Assembly (NCBI GenBank): GCA_024346625.1
Contig: AP024665.1
Span: 744,001 to 808,000, forward strand
Length of the DNA stretch: 64,000 nt
Direction: 5' to 3'
From: Williopsis jadinii
Lineage: Eukaryota
The notes beneath the pieces were generated by a model, which searched no databases, had not been told where the DNA came from, and worked only from the letters and a program-made list of their open reading frames with translations. This document shows positions 45,265 to 56,709 of this stretch, one piece after another. The translations under genes were made by a program, and so were the position numbers. Each line of letters begins with the position of its first letter. The stretch's first letter is position 1.

Positions 45265-48108
45265 ATGGGGAAAAGATCAAGAGATGAAGCTGATGGCGAG
45301 AGACATGGGATCAGAATCCCAGGCAGTCTTTTGGATGAGCTGAAGGGTGCGAATGGCGGTGAAGAAGACGATGCAAGATTTCAATCAGGTATGGATGGTA
45401 AGAAGAGGAAGACCGTGTCTAGAAAGGAAAGACGTAAGATGGAGAGACAGTCGAAGAAAAAGAATAGAAATGACGTGAGAAATGGTGGAAGACGTCATGC
45501 TGAAGGTGGTGATCCGAACAGTGGTGGTAATGTTAGGGATAAGCCTAAGAGTGCTAAAGTGTCAAAGTTGGAGAAGAAAGAAGAAGAAGACCATGGTGAC
45601 GGTGAGGAGCAGTTTAGTGATTTTGGTGGATTCCCAGATGAAAGTGGTGATGAGGATTTACAAAGTGGTGACTCTGATAATTACGGAGACTTTGACGAAG
45701 AGTTGGACTCTGACCTTGAAAGCTTTGAAGATGAGGATGAAGATGAGGATCAACCGCAAACCGTGGAGGACACTATGGCTGCGTTGATGGCGTTGAAAAA
45801 TAAGAAGAAGATGAAGAAGGACGAAAGCCAACCTCAAACTGCGCAGGATACAATGAATGCACTGAAGCTCATGAAGGAAAAGAAACAAAAGGCCAAAGAA
45901 TCAGAAAGTTCCAAAGAGCCTAAGAAAACGAAGTCAAAGAAGAGTGAGCATAAAAGAGTATTGACTCCAGAGGAGAGAAGACTTATGAAAAGAGATGAAG
46001 ATGATATGAAGTACTATGCAAAGAAGTTAGGTCTGAAATCTACAAAGAGCAAAGATTTCAAGAATAAGCAAGATGAAGATGGGCTGGGTGACTTGTTAGA
46101 TGGACTAGACTTCTTGGATGCTTATGGCGATGGTATCGAAGGTGAAGAAGACTATGAAGAAGATCTAGATGGTGACAAGGAATTTGACGAAGACGACAAC
46201 GATGAAGAAGAAGATGGTGATGAGGAAGAAGCAGATGATGATGAAGAGGAAGAGGAGATCGTTGAAAATCCATTTTCATCCGATGATGAAATCAACTCTT
46301 CAGATTTTGATTCAGATATCGATCCTGAAGCTTCAGATGACGAAGAAGGTGGTGATGTGATCATGGCAAAGCCAAAGGAAAACCCCTATGCACCTGCTGT
46401 ATCATCATCTACACAGACAAAGACTAAATATATCCCACCAGCACTGCGTGCTAAGATGAACACTTCTGACAATTCAGAACAAATGGTGAAGATTAAACGT
46501 TCTATAAAAGGTCCACTGAACAGACTGTCAGAGGCTAACGTCATGACAATTGTTAACGATATCCTTGCAGTTTATTTGGAAAATCCCAGACAACTGGTCA
46601 CTGAATGCTTGACCACTGTTGTGCTGGAAAGTGTTGTCCAACAGACCGTGCTCTTGGACACCTTTGTCACATTGCATGCAGCATTGATGAGCGCCATTTA
46701 TAGATCTCAAGGTGTTGAAGCTGGTGCATACTTCATCCAAACTTTGGTTGAGAAATACGATGAATACTACAAAGCCAATGAAACAAAGAAAGCCAGCAAT
46801 TTAGTCACTTTACTTACTGCATCTTACTCATTCCAAATTGTGAGTTGCAAGTTACTTTACAGTTTAATCTCAGAATTAATCCAAGAGGTAAGTGAGATCA
46901 ACTCAGAACTTCTGTTGAGAATCATCCGTAACGCTGGTCAACAGATGCGTTCTGACGATCCAAATGCATTGAAGGAGATTATCGTACAGTTCCAAAAGAA
47001 TATACAGGTCAAGGAGACCAATGCAAGAACAAAGTTCCTCATTGAAAGTATCACCAATCTGAAGAACAACAGATTGAAGACGGTCAATGAAAACACTGCC
47101 CAGCTAATCACGAGAATGCGTAAATTGTTAGCTAATGTGACGAAGAAACCCAATGAGCCTTTACAAGTGACGTTGGAAGACATTCATTCTGTCAATACAA
47201 AAGGTAAGTGGTGGCTTGTTGGTTCTGCATGGAAGGGTAATGATTTACAGCATCATCAAGAGGTTGAAGTTAACGAAGAAGAACTGAACAACGTGCTGGA
47301 CAGTGCAGAACCAAACTGGGTGGAATTGGCCAAGGCACAGCGTATGAACACTGATATAAGAAGGGCCATCTTCATTAGTATAATGTCATCTGAAGACTAC
47401 ATCGATGCCTTTACAAAATTGGACAAGTTGAGGCTGAAGAGATCACAGGAGCGTGAAATCCCAAAGATTTTGTTACACTGTGTTTCCATCGAGAAAGTGT
47501 ACAATCCTTACTATGGGTTACTAGCCAACAAGCTATGCTCAGACCATGGAACTAGAAAGACCTTCCAATTTGGCTTCTGGGATCTTTTGCATGAGTTGGA
47601 AGGAGAGGATGAGGATGATGCAGATGGAGATGTAGACTATTTCAAACGATTGAGTAAAGACATTGGTGCAGAGGATGATGACTTCACCATGCAAAGGCTA
47701 GTGAACCAGGGTAAATTCTACGGTGCATTAATGGCAGAGGGGACATTACCTCTACACTCTTTGAAGAATGTCAATTTCCTTGCTTTGAACCCCAATCTGA
47801 GTCTCTTTCTCGAAATACTGATGATCTCTTTCCTGGATAACGTGGGGAAGAAGAGCGAGGTGTCCACGTTTGGCAATGGAACCAAGAAGTCAAGAGCACA
47901 GGATCTACAGTTCAATGACACGCTGCTTGTTGAAAGACTAGGAAAATGCCAGAGTCAAACTGTTCTGCTGAGAGGCCTACAGTACTTTCTACAGGAAAAA
48001 GTGCGTGGTAGCGATATCATTAGCGGGCGGAAGCAAAAGAGACGCGTCGACTGGGGTGTCGATTGTATCTGTGATGTATGTGATGAGCTCTTGAAACAAG
48101 CTGATTGA
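45265..48108 (+). CDS. SGD1: Nucleolar MIF4G/MA3 protein Sgd1 (NOM1)
   Basis: Acidic N-terminal half; KYIPPALR, LNRLSEAN, KGKWWLVGSAW and RMNTDIRRAIF motifs. Confidence 0.92.
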   Translation: MGKRSRDEADGERHGIRIPGSLLDELKGANGGEEDDARFQSGMDGKKRKTVSRKERRKMERQSKKKNRNDVRNGGRRHAEGGDPNSGGNVRDKPKSAKVSKLEKKEEEDHGDGEEQFSDFGGFPDESGDEDLQSGDSDNYGDFDEELDSDLESFEDEDEDEDQPQTVEDTMAALMALKNKKKMKKDESQPQTAQDTMNALKLMKEKKQKAKESESSKEPKKTKSKKSEHKRVLTPEERRLMKRDEDDMKYYAKKLGLKSTKSKDFKNKQDEDGLGDLLDGLDFLDAYGDGIEGEEDYEEDLDGDKEFDEDDNDEEEDGDEEEADDDEEEEEIVENPFSSDDEINSSDFDSDIDPEASDDEEGGDVIMAKPKENPYAPAVSSSTQTKTKYIPPALRAKMNTSDNSEQMVKIKRSIKGPLNRLSEANVMTIVNDILAVYLENPRQLVTECLTTVVLESVVQQTVLLDTFVTLHAALMSAIYRSQGVEAGAYFIQTLVEKYDEYYKANETKKASNLVTLLTASYSFQIVSCKLLYSLISELIQEVSEINSELLLRIIRNAGQQMRSDDPNALKEIIVQFQKNIQVKETNARTKFLIESITNLKNNRLKTVNENTAQLITRMRKLLANVTKKPNEPLQVTLEDIHSVNTKGKWWLVGSAWKGNDLQHHQEVEVNEEELNNVLDSAEPNWVELAKAQRMNTDIRRAIFISIMSSEDYIDAFTKLDKLRLKRSQEREIPKILLHCVSIEKVYNPYYGLLANKLCSDHGTRKTFQFGFWDLLHELEGEDEDDADGDVDYFKRLSKDIGAEDDDFTMQRLVNQGKFYGALMAEGTLPLHSLKNVNFLALNPNLSLFLEILMISFLDNVGKKSEVSTFGNGTKKSRAQDLQFNDTLLVERLGKCQSQTVLLRGLQYFLQEKVRGSDIISGRKQKRRVDWGVDCICDVCDELLKQAD

Positions 48109-48200
48109 GTTGAGGGTACTAAGAACAGAGAGGGTGTTTTAATTAGGATAAAGTATTGTATCTCTAGGCTGGTTTGTGTAGACTTTGGTGAATGTACTTC

Positions 48201-48245
48201 CCGCCTAGTCCGCCTAGTCCGCCTAGTCCGCTGAGTCCGCCTAGC
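48201..48245 (+). repeat. Intergenic 9-bp tandem repeat, (CCGCCTAGT) x5, imperfect
   Basis: ccgcctagt ccgcctagt ccgcctagt ccgctgagt ccgcctagc. Confidence 0.9.
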
Positions 48246-48903
48246 CCACGCAAAACCCCACGGAAGACTCACGAAGAGCACACGCATACAAGGGAACCTA
48301 CTGAAAATTCGTGGGGTGGACAGGCACCCCCCCCCCTCTTCTAAAAAAACAGAGAAAACGGCTCCGCAGAGGAACGCTTACATCGCCATGAAACTAGGCC
48401 CAATTTTACACCAAGGGGGAACAAGAGGTTCTCAACTAACACATCCTGGTCCAACAAAATCACCCTAAACAACAACAACCATAGTCTACATCCATTGTAA
48501 AGTACACGCCACCGTTTTCACCACACCCTCATGGTCTCTTTCCCGACAATACTCGTAGCATTGAACCAAACAGCGGAGTCAAGATTCCATCGAATAGGAA
48601 GACAAAGGGCAAATCCGTTCAGGGATCCGGTTCTTCTCAGCCCGACACTGGGACGCTCCTCCCATGGGCGGCGGACGCGCGTGCGCGGCCCCCATTCATT
48701 TCCTCGTTCGCCCTGGAAGCTCGCAGCGCAACGTCAAGGCCAGCTGTTTACAGAGAGAGAAGTAGAACGAGAAAAGCAGGGAGGAAGGCATGTAAAAAAA
48801 AGGCCAAAAATTGAAAGCGCATAACATCATCCTTGATTTATAACCACTTTCTGTTCATCTTTTAGCGTTTTTGATTTTGAAACGAACAGGAGAAACACAG
48901 ACG

Positions 48904-50498
48904 ATGCTCTCATTCACCCGTCCAGCTGTTAGAGCCCGTGCTCAGCTCGCCCAGATCCGTACTTTGGCCGATGCCGCCACCAGTAAGTGAATTCTGTGTT
49001 TGTTTTGTTTATGCCGTAGCTGGCGGCAAAGCGATGCCATCAGGCTCGTATGGCTCCATATACCCTGAATGACTCTAACAGATGATATCCCCTAGAGAAG
49101 CACGATGTTGTTGTCATCGGTGGTGGTCCGGGTGGTTACGTTGCTGCCATCAAGGCCGCCCAGTTGGGGTTCGATACCGCCTGTATTGAGAAGAGAGGTA
49201 GACTCGGTGGTACTTGTTTGAACGTTGGTTGTATCCCATCCAAGGCGCTTTTGAACAACTCCCACTTGTACCACCAAATCCAGCACGACACCAAAAAGCG
49301 TGGTATTGACGTTTCAGGTGTCGCACTCAACGTTGAACAATTCCAAAAGGCCAAGGCCACTGTTGTCGACCAATTGACCGGCGGTATCGAGATGCTTTTC
49401 AAGAAGAACGGTGTCAAGTACTACAAGGGTAACGGTTCCTTTGTTGACGAGAAGACAGTCAAGGTTGATGCTATTGAGGGTGGCGAGAATGCGGTCTTGG
49501 AGGCTGAGAACATCATCATTGCCACCGGTTCCGAGGTTACTCCATTCCCAGGTATCACCATCGACGAGGAGCGTATCGTTTCCTCTACCGGTGCTTTGTC
49601 CCTTAAGGAGATTCCAAAGAAGCTCGCCATTATCGGTGGTGGTATCATTGGTTTGGAGATGGGTTCTGTCTACTCCCGTTTGGGTACCGAAGTCACCGTC
49701 ATTGAGTTCCAAGATGCTATTGGTGCCTCAATGGATGGTGAAGTTGCAAAGACCACTCAAAAGTTCTTGCAAAAGCAAGGCATTAAGTTCAAATTGGGAA
49801 CTAAAGTGTTGTCTGGAGAGCGCAAGGGAGACAACGTTCACATCGAGGTTGAGAACGTGAAGTCTGGTAAGAAGGAACAATTGGATGCCGATGTTCTTCT
49901 TGTTGCCATTGGTAGAAGACCTTACATTGAAGGTCTCAACGCTGAAGTCTTGGGATTGGAGGTTGACAAGCGTGGTCGCTTGGTCATTGACGATCAATTC
50001 AGATCAAAGCACGAACACATTAGAGTTATTGGTGATGTTACCTTCGGCCCAATGCTTGCCCACAAGGCCGAGGAGGAGGGTATCGCTGCTGTTGAGTATA
50101 TCAAGTTTGGTCATGGTCACGTCAACTACGGTAATATCCCATCTGTCATGTACTCTCACCCAGAAGTTGCTTGGGTCGGTCAATCCGAAGAGCAATTGAA
50201 GGAGGCTGGTATCGCTTACAAGGTTGGTAAGTTCCCATTCATTGCCAACTCCAGAGCTAAGACAAACTTGGACACCGAAGGTTTCGTCAAGTTCTTGGCC
50301 GACGCTGAGACCCAGAGAGTCTTGGGTGTTCACATCGTTGGTCCAAACGCTGGTGAGATGATCGCTGAGGCCGGTTTGGCATTGGAGTACGGTGCCTCTA
50401 CAGAGGACATTGCTAGAGTCTGCCATGCCCACCCAACTTTGTCAGAGGCCTTCAAGGAAGCTGCTCTTGCTACTTTCGACAAGCCAATCAACTTTTAA
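48904..50498 (+). CDS. LPD1: Dihydrolipoamide dehydrogenase; intron 48983-49095
   Basis: Exon 1 encodes presequence [22 protein letters not shown]. Intron [34 protein letters not shown] and HPTLSE motifs. Confidence 0.96.
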
Positions 50499-50807
50499 AG
50501 AGATGGAAAAACGTTCTATTTGATACAAATTACGAGAATACTACGATAATTTATTTGTAAATATCTACATCTGTTATGTACGCACACCTTCTCGTCAGCG
50601 TCTTGAGAAAGCTGTCATTAAACACCCAAACACCAATCAAGACTTACTCGGTGTGTCAACGTCGCAGTGCTTCCATGCGTCATTGCTTCAATGCCCGGAT
50701 TCCGACCATCAACTACAATATACAAAGCTTACAACTACGTGGAAGTGTCTCATGATGTGTAATTCCAAAAGGTAATATACAGGGTATTTGTCATTGCTCT
50801 TCGCTCA

Positions 50808-53800
50808 CTAGTCATCTCTTCTGAATATGCTCTTGAAGGAGAAGTTGTAATCTCCACTGTCATTCATCTTCTGTCTCGCCTCCATGAACGAACGCAAGTA
50901 CTTGGTGAACAAGTAGGCAAGTGATCCGAGCACTCTGAACAAGGCCAGAGCAGCGACTGACCAAAGGATGAAAGCCAGGTACTTGTTCTCGTATACATCA
51001 CCTGGTGAGTAAACCTGGATGATGCTCATGATCAATACCATGTTGGTGATCAACCACAAGAGGACAACACGTGTTCTGACATCACGGTAGTAGTCCTCTG
51101 ATGGGATTTCCTTCTTAGGCTCCTTCTCAGGGTTCTTATTTCTAACCCTTTGGATGGAGATATTGTTCAGCGTTCCTGTGTAAGCAGAATCAATATCAAC
51201 TTGATCAACTGGCATTTCAACCTCAACGATTTCACGACCTTCACTGTCCTTCTTGATGATGGCAGAACCTAAGCTCTTTGCTGGATCATTATCACCTTTA
51301 GTACCCCAGGAGACATCATGTGTGTTACAGAAGGCAAAGATCTGCAATGTGCATGTGTATGATGGCAGAAGAAGGAAGTATTGCACTGAGCAGGTCAAGA
51401 TGTGCCATGGGTCCAAATACACAATGGAAATAAAGGCATAGAGACCATATGTTGATAATAATGAGACAATCACGTTGAAGAATGCAGTTGTTCCAGCATC
51501 ATTTTGCATAGTTCTCGCAACGGAAACGAAACCCAAGATAATCGTGAAACATGAAATGATGGCGAACAGTGTCATAATTGTGATGAACAGGTATTGGGCA
51601 CCCTGTGGACGGTTACCCATAGAAACAATGAAAGTAGAACAAATCGTTCCCAGACATATGTAGTTCAAAATCGTGAAGATCCAGAAGCCTCCATTGTGTG
51701 GGATCAAGTTGTTATTTGTCAAAGCACCTGTCAGGTAATAGAAGGTCAGGTAAAAGTTTGCAACTGAGAACCACGAGAATAAAAGTTGAACGAATTGGAA
51801 GAAGAATTCAATGTGGAAGAAGAACTTTCTCGTGAAGGAATGAGATGTGTTCCAGATCTGTCTGAAGTGTAATTGAGAATACAATGCAGCAAAGAGTGCA
51901 CCGTTAAGCCATCTTCTTCTCTGGGAGACAAACTCAGCAACTGTCTCTGGAAGATCTGTTTCACCCTTGGCTTCCTTAACATACTTCAACAGCCATCTCG
52001 CATCCTTTTTGGCAACTAGTTCCCAACAGAGGATTCTGTCTTCTGCCAGGTACATGTTTGCAGAAAACACATCTTTGTTTGGCCCATCATTCAACAATTC
52101 ACCTTTGAAGTAGGCATTCAATGGTCCAGTTCCATCATCATGGTTCTTCAATGCCTTGAATCTATAAGCCGAGAGAGCACCTGGAAGCACTGAGATATAA
52201 CCAAAGGATGATTCCATTGGCTTATCCAGGATATTGGACATCTTATACTCAAAGTTCTGAGACGCAACAAGTGGATTTAGTAATTTCTTACAGAATCTTC
52301 CTTTTAATGCCTTAATCTCACCAGCAGCACCTGCGACATTGGAGTCGTTGTCAAATGCCTTCCATAAGTGGTAAATGGCACTGGTATTTGGCTTGGTACC
52401 CACATCCAGCAATACGACGACATTTGGATCCAAAACCGGACAAATGGCCTCGAAGAACCATCTATGAGAGTTGATCTTCTTCATATTCTTTTCCTTCAAC
52501 ATGAAGAGAATTTGGACAGGGACTATACCAGATTCAGAAGAATGAATCTCCAAGTCCTCATTGAGCGACACTTGAGCAGTGTACTCAAAGATATGAGCCT
52601 TCACTTCCTTCTTGTTCACGAAGGATTTGGCAATACCATCTTGGTACACACCCATGGCACCTAAAACATCAAGAACGTTGTCGTTGATCTTACCACGGCC
52701 ATCACTGACAATGACAACCTGGACCTTTTTCCATCCGTTTGGCCCCCATATTCTCGACTTCTTCCTCTCACATAGATGGGCAATGTTCTTCATAACAGCA
52801 TGCATTGTTCTGGTGAAGTCAACTTCAGATTCGTTGTACATGGTAATACAGATGCACACTTCAGTTTCTCTGTTGAGCTTAGCAGCCCTCAACGTAAATC
52901 CTGCAGTTTCAAAATCGTGAGGTTCTGCAGTACAAGCAGAGTATCTCATAAAGAGGAATTCGTCCTCATCTCTTCTTGGTAGAATAGAAGCTAACTTGGT
53001 GGGAACTGGATTTTCCAGGACCAAGTTACCATTCTCTGGTGTACATTTCTTCTTCACGAGAACCGATTTATGACGACGAGGTTGAGCAGTAGCTGGGACT
53101 TGGTATTCCTTTTCGTCAAAGATATCTTCGTTCTCCCAATATCCCTCATATGTGTCACCACTGAAGTTTGAGGTAAGGGTTCTAACCTTTTCTACATAGC
53201 TCTGATCACTGGAAGAACCGGAATGGACAGTAGAGCCAGAAGGAACTCTGTCATTGCTATCCAGCGCCGGGGTATTTTCCTCAGAGAGTGTGTTTGCAGC
53301 AGCAAATGTGGATGCTGAGAAGATTGGCTTCGGAGGAGGGAGGATTCTCGAGGAGGATACCGTCGATTCTGAGTTTCTACTCAGGGAACGGTTGGCTCCA
53401 CCGTAGAACGCAGATCTATGATAATCCTCATCATCTTCGTCATCGTCAATCACAATGACAGTACTCTCCTTGTTTCGCTTTGGTGACTCCAGCTCCGTCC
53501 ATTGTTTTCTTGGAGTCATACCGTGAACAGGAGATTCTATCGGAGTCTGTTGCTGTGGATAGTGCACTGTCTTGGTTGGAGACGAGGTTGGCGTGTAGTA
53601 CGACTCTTGGTACTGAGCATGTTGCTGTTGATGTCTTCTACCAAAGGCATTCGGTGAGTATCTCTCACCAGCAGATGACTCAGGAGCTGGGAAGCCATTA
53701 AACCCGGAAAGCGTACTGTTGTTCATTCTTCTTGGTGAGTGGTTGCCAACAGCAGCAGCTTGAGGTCTTGAGGGACTGTTAAGCGGGTCATAATCATAAC

Positions 53801-53828
53801 CGTACTTATCGTCAAAGGGACCAGTCAT
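50808..53828 (-). CDS. CHS2: Chitin synthase class II (S. cerevisiae Chs2-like)
   Basis: ITMYNE, QNFEY, VLPGA, LAEDRIL, QRRRW and SWGTKG motifs. SP-rich N-terminus; first ATG at 53828. Divergent from SCO1. Confidence 0.9.
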   Translation of the reverse strand: MTGPFDDKYGYDYDPLNSPSRPQAAAVGNHSPRRMNNSTLSGFNGFPAPESSAGERYSPNAFGRRHQQQHAQYQESYYTPTSSPTKTVHYPQQQTPIESPVHGMTPRKQWTELESPKRNKESTVIVIDDDEDDEDYHRSAFYGGANRSLSRNSESTVSSSRILPPPKPIFSASTFAAANTLSEENTPALDSNDRVPSGSTVHSGSSSDQSYVEKVRTLTSNFSGDTYEGYWENEDIFDEKEYQVPATAQPRRHKSVLVKKKCTPENGNLVLENPVPTKLASILPRRDEDEFLFMRYSACTAEPHDFETAGFTLRAAKLNRETEVCICITMYNESEVDFTRTMHAVMKNIAHLCERKKSRIWGPNGWKKVQVVIVSDGRGKINDNVLDVLGAMGVYQDGIAKSFVNKKEVKAHIFEYTAQVSLNEDLEIHSSESGIVPVQILFMLKEKNMKKINSHRWFFEAICPVLDPNVVVLLDVGTKPNTSAIYHLWKAFDNDSNVAGAAGEIKALKGRFCKKLLNPLVASQNFEYKMSNILDKPMESSFGYISVLPGALSAYRFKALKNHDDGTGPLNAYFKGELLNDGPNKDVFSANMYLAEDRILCWELVAKKDARWLLKYVKEAKGETDLPETVAEFVSQRRRWLNGALFAALYSQLHFRQIWNTSHSFTRKFFFHIEFFFQFVQLLFSWFSVANFYLTFYYLTGALTNNNLIPHNGGFWIFTILNYICLGTICSTFIVSMGNRPQGAQYLFITIMTLFAIISCFTIILGFVSVARTMQNDAGTTAFFNVIVSLLSTYGLYAFISIVYLDPWHILTCSVQYFLLLPSYTCTLQIFAFCNTHDVSWGTKGDNDPAKSLGSAIIKKDSEGREIVEVEMPVDQVDIDSAYTGTLNNISIQRVRNKNPEKEPKKEIPSEDYYRDVRTRVVLLWLITNMVLIMSIIQVYSPGDVYENKYLAFILWSVAALALFRVLGSLAYLFTKYLRSFMEARQKMNDSGDYNFSFKSIFRRDD

Positions 53829-53994
53829 GTTTGATAGGGTATCAGAACCTTTTGTATGATTTGATCTGTTTCCACTAAGAAACTTAGAGGTGAAAAGAGA
53901 AGATTGAGATAGCTTTTTTCCCACCTCCTGGTTCTGTTTTCAAACCACTTCGAGGGAAAAGTACGTATAGATGGAAATCTCTTTCGCATATCGT

Positions 53995-54017
53995 TGTTTA
54001 CATTTTGCCTAATTGGG
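53995..54017 (-). promoter_or_regulatory. Composite Mcm1-Fkh (CLB2-cluster) element upstream of CHS2
   Basis: The minus strand reads CCCAATTAGG-CAAAAT-GTAAACA. Confidence 0.7.
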
Positions 54018-54232
54018 ACACCAAAGTGATGGTTTGAAGCCCTGGCTAATAGAGTCACGAATATTTCCGAACTTGGAAACCTGCCTATTTTGGTTAGTTA
54101 GTCATCCACACTTTGATTACGTAGGATGTTACCGCTTTAACGATGATGAGATTTTTCTCAGCTTTCCAGTCTCCTCTAAAAGCTGGAAATCATTATACTT
54201 TTGGCCAATCCGTCTCAGCTTAAAGAGTCACG

Positions 54233-55117
54233 ATGTTGAGATTATTCCCAAAGAGAACGCTGTTGACACAGAGAGCTGTGTGCAGCATCCAAAGAGCCTC
54301 CTTTTCCACCACTTTCATCAGATGGAACGAGAGTAAACCAGAGGCCGCGTCTTCGCAGTCAGCTCCAAGGAAGAAGAGACCGTTGAGTAGAATTCCAATT
54401 GGTGGTACTTCAACGCAACAACAGAAGCTCAAAGAGACTAACTTGGAGTTTGCCAGTTGGAAGGCTGCGCTTCTCATGATTGCTGTTGGTGGCGGGCTTT
54501 GGTACTTCTTTACGAGCGAGAAGAAGAGAATCCAAGTTCAGCAGGATGCTGAAGCCAACAGAGGGTATGGTAAACCACTTGTTGGAGGTCCGTTTAACTT
54601 GGTTGACACCGAAGGAAAACCATTTACTGAACAGAATTTGAAGGGGAAGTTCTCCATCTTGTACTTTGGATTCACTCACTGTCCAGATATTTGTCCTGAT
54701 GAATTGGATAAGTTAGGACTGTGGTTGGACATGCTTAAGAAGGAAGGTTACAAATTACAGCCAATCTTCATCACATGTGATCCGGCTAGGGATTCTCCAG
54801 AGGTTGTTAAGGAGTACTTGAGCGATTTCCACCCGGATATTATTGGATTGACCGGTACATATGAACAGGTGAAGGATTGCTGTAAGCAGTACAGAGTCTA
54901 CTTCTCAACACCACCTAATGTGAAGCCAGGTCAGGATTACCTGGTCGATCACTCTATCTTCTTCTATTTAATGGATTCAGATGGTGAGTTCATTGATGCC
55001 ATGGGTAGAAACTACGATAATGAAACTGGCCCAGAGAGAATCAAAGAACAAATTGATGCCTTCGTTCCTAAAGCCGAGCGTGAAAAGAAGAAGACGTCTG
55101 GTTGGTCCCTGTGGTAA
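54233..55117 (+). CDS. SCO1: Mitochondrial copper chaperone Sco1
   Basis: Presequence, TM segment, YFGFTHCPDICPDEL and YLVDHSIFFYLMD. Confidence 0.95.
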   Translation: MLRLFPKRTLLTQRAVCSIQRASFSTTFIRWNESKPEAASSQSAPRKKRPLSRIPIGGTSTQQQKLKETNLEFASWKAALLMIAVGGGLWYFFTSEKKRIQVQQDAEANRGYGKPLVGGPFNLVDTEGKPFTEQNLKGKFSILYFGFTHCPDICPDELDKLGLWLDMLKKEGYKLQPIFITCDPARDSPEVVKEYLSDFHPDIIGLTGTYEQVKDCCKQYRVYFSTPPNVKPGQDYLVDHSIFFYLMDSDGEFIDAMGRNYDNETGPERIKEQIDAFVPKAEREKKKTSGWSLW

Positions 55118-55242
55118 CATGGAGCGGATACACACAGGCGTATCGAGTGTAAAATTCTCTGTAAATAGTTATCACTACATCCTAAAGTGTATAAAGATCA
55201 ATAACAAAGATATATGTTGATGTAATAAAACACATAAGGTTA

Positions 55243-56430
55243 TTAGTTCTTTGCCAAAGCAGCACGGAAGTTGATAATGGAATCTGGCTCAACGACCCAA
55301 TCTTTACCCTTTGTCATGACTTTACCTGCAGCCTTAACAGCAGTTTCATCCTTCAATTCAACAATATCCTCGTACTTGATAACATTGGCCAAGATGAAGG
55401 ACTTCTCGAAATCAGTGTGGATGACACCAGCAGCTTGTGGGGCCTTTGTACCTCTTCTGATAGTCCATGCACGAACTTCTTGTTCACCACAGGTGAAGAA
55501 GTTGATCAAATCCAACTTCTCTCTCATGGTCCAGATGATCTTGGTCAATGCAGACTTGGCACCAACTCTCTCCTCCTCAGCAGCTCTTTCCTCATCGGTC
55601 TCCATGTGAGAGAGTCTCTCCTCGAGGGAGACAGAAAATGGGATGATGACATCACCTGGTGAGTAAGTGTCAACCCATTCTTTGATCTTGACCAAGTATT
55701 TGTTTTTCTTTCTGACGTAATCCTTCTCAGACAAGTTAATGAGGTAAATGACTGGCTTAGCGGTCAAAAGCTGCATGGTGTTGATGATTTCAACTTCCTT
55801 GGAGGTCCAGTTTTGGTTGGCAACTCTCTGGTCGTTCTGCAAGAGATCAATGATTTTCTCCACAAGGGCAGCCTCCTCCTTCTTCTGTTTAACCTCAAGA
55901 GATTGACCTCCCTTTCTTGTGATCTTCAAGACAGATTCCAAGTGCTTTTCAGCAAATTCAATGTCCTTAAGTCTCAACTCGTTGTGGATGATCTCCAAGT
56001 CACGAACTGGGTTGACATCACCTTCGATATGGATAATCTCGGCGTCGTCGAAACAACGGACAACTTGGTAGATAGCATCAACGGCTCTAATATGGGACAA
56101 GAACGCATTACCCAAACCCTCACCAGCACTGGCACCTTTGGTCAAACCAGCAATATCGTAAATGGTCAAGTAAGCTGGAACAGGACCGCTCTTTGGCTTG
56201 TAGATCTCAACAAGTTTATCCTGCTTTGGAGATGGAACAAGAACACGGGCCTCTTCTGGCTCAATAGTGGCGAACGGGTAGTTGGCTGGGTTACCCAATG
56301 GACATCTGGTAATGGCCTGGAAGAAAGTCGACTTACCAACGTTGGCAAGACCAACAATACCAGACTTCAAGTTGTTACCTGGACGACCAAGAAGGATCTT
56401 TTTCTCTTCAACTTGTTTCTTTGGAGGCAT
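55243..56430 (-). CDS. OLA1: Obg-like ATPase Ola1/YchF
   Basis: MPPKKQVEEKK (ATG at 56430), GLANVGKS, YPFATI, DIAGL and TGS domain. Confidence 0.95.
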   Translation of the reverse strand: MPPKKQVEEKKILLGRPGNNLKSGIVGLANVGKSTFFQAITRCPLGNPANYPFATIEPEEARVLVPSPKQDKLVEIYKPKSGPVPAYLTIYDIAGLTKGASAGEGLGNAFLSHIRAVDAIYQVVRCFDDAEIIHIEGDVNPVRDLEIIHNELRLKDIEFAEKHLESVLKITRKGGQSLEVKQKKEEAALVEKIIDLLQNDQRVANQNWTSKEVEIINTMQLLTAKPVIYLINLSEKDYVRKKNKYLVKIKEWVDTYSPGDVIIPFSVSLEERLSHMETDEERAAEEERVGAKSALTKIIWTMREKLDLINFFTCGEQEVRAWTIRRGTKAPQAAGVIHTDFEKSFILANVIKYEDIVELKDETAVKAAGKVMTKGKDWVVEPDSIINFRAALAKN

Positions 56431-56709
56431 ATTTTGTTCCTTATTCACAGGCTTTGTTTTCCTTAAAATCACAACAACAAAGGTCGCTTTTGTGTGCTTT
56501 GTTGTTCAACGTCTTTTCACAGATTTTTTTTTCCAGCGGTTCGATGGCCTCAGCGGACAAAAAAAAACACGACAAAAAGAAAAGGAAAATTCAGTTGGAT
56601 TACATAAGATCTTAGTAATGTATATATGTGTCCTGGTACATCATGGAGGTTATGGGTTCAGCTATTATGGTTTTCATTTGAAGGGTAGGGGCAGATGGGC
56701 CAGACAAGA

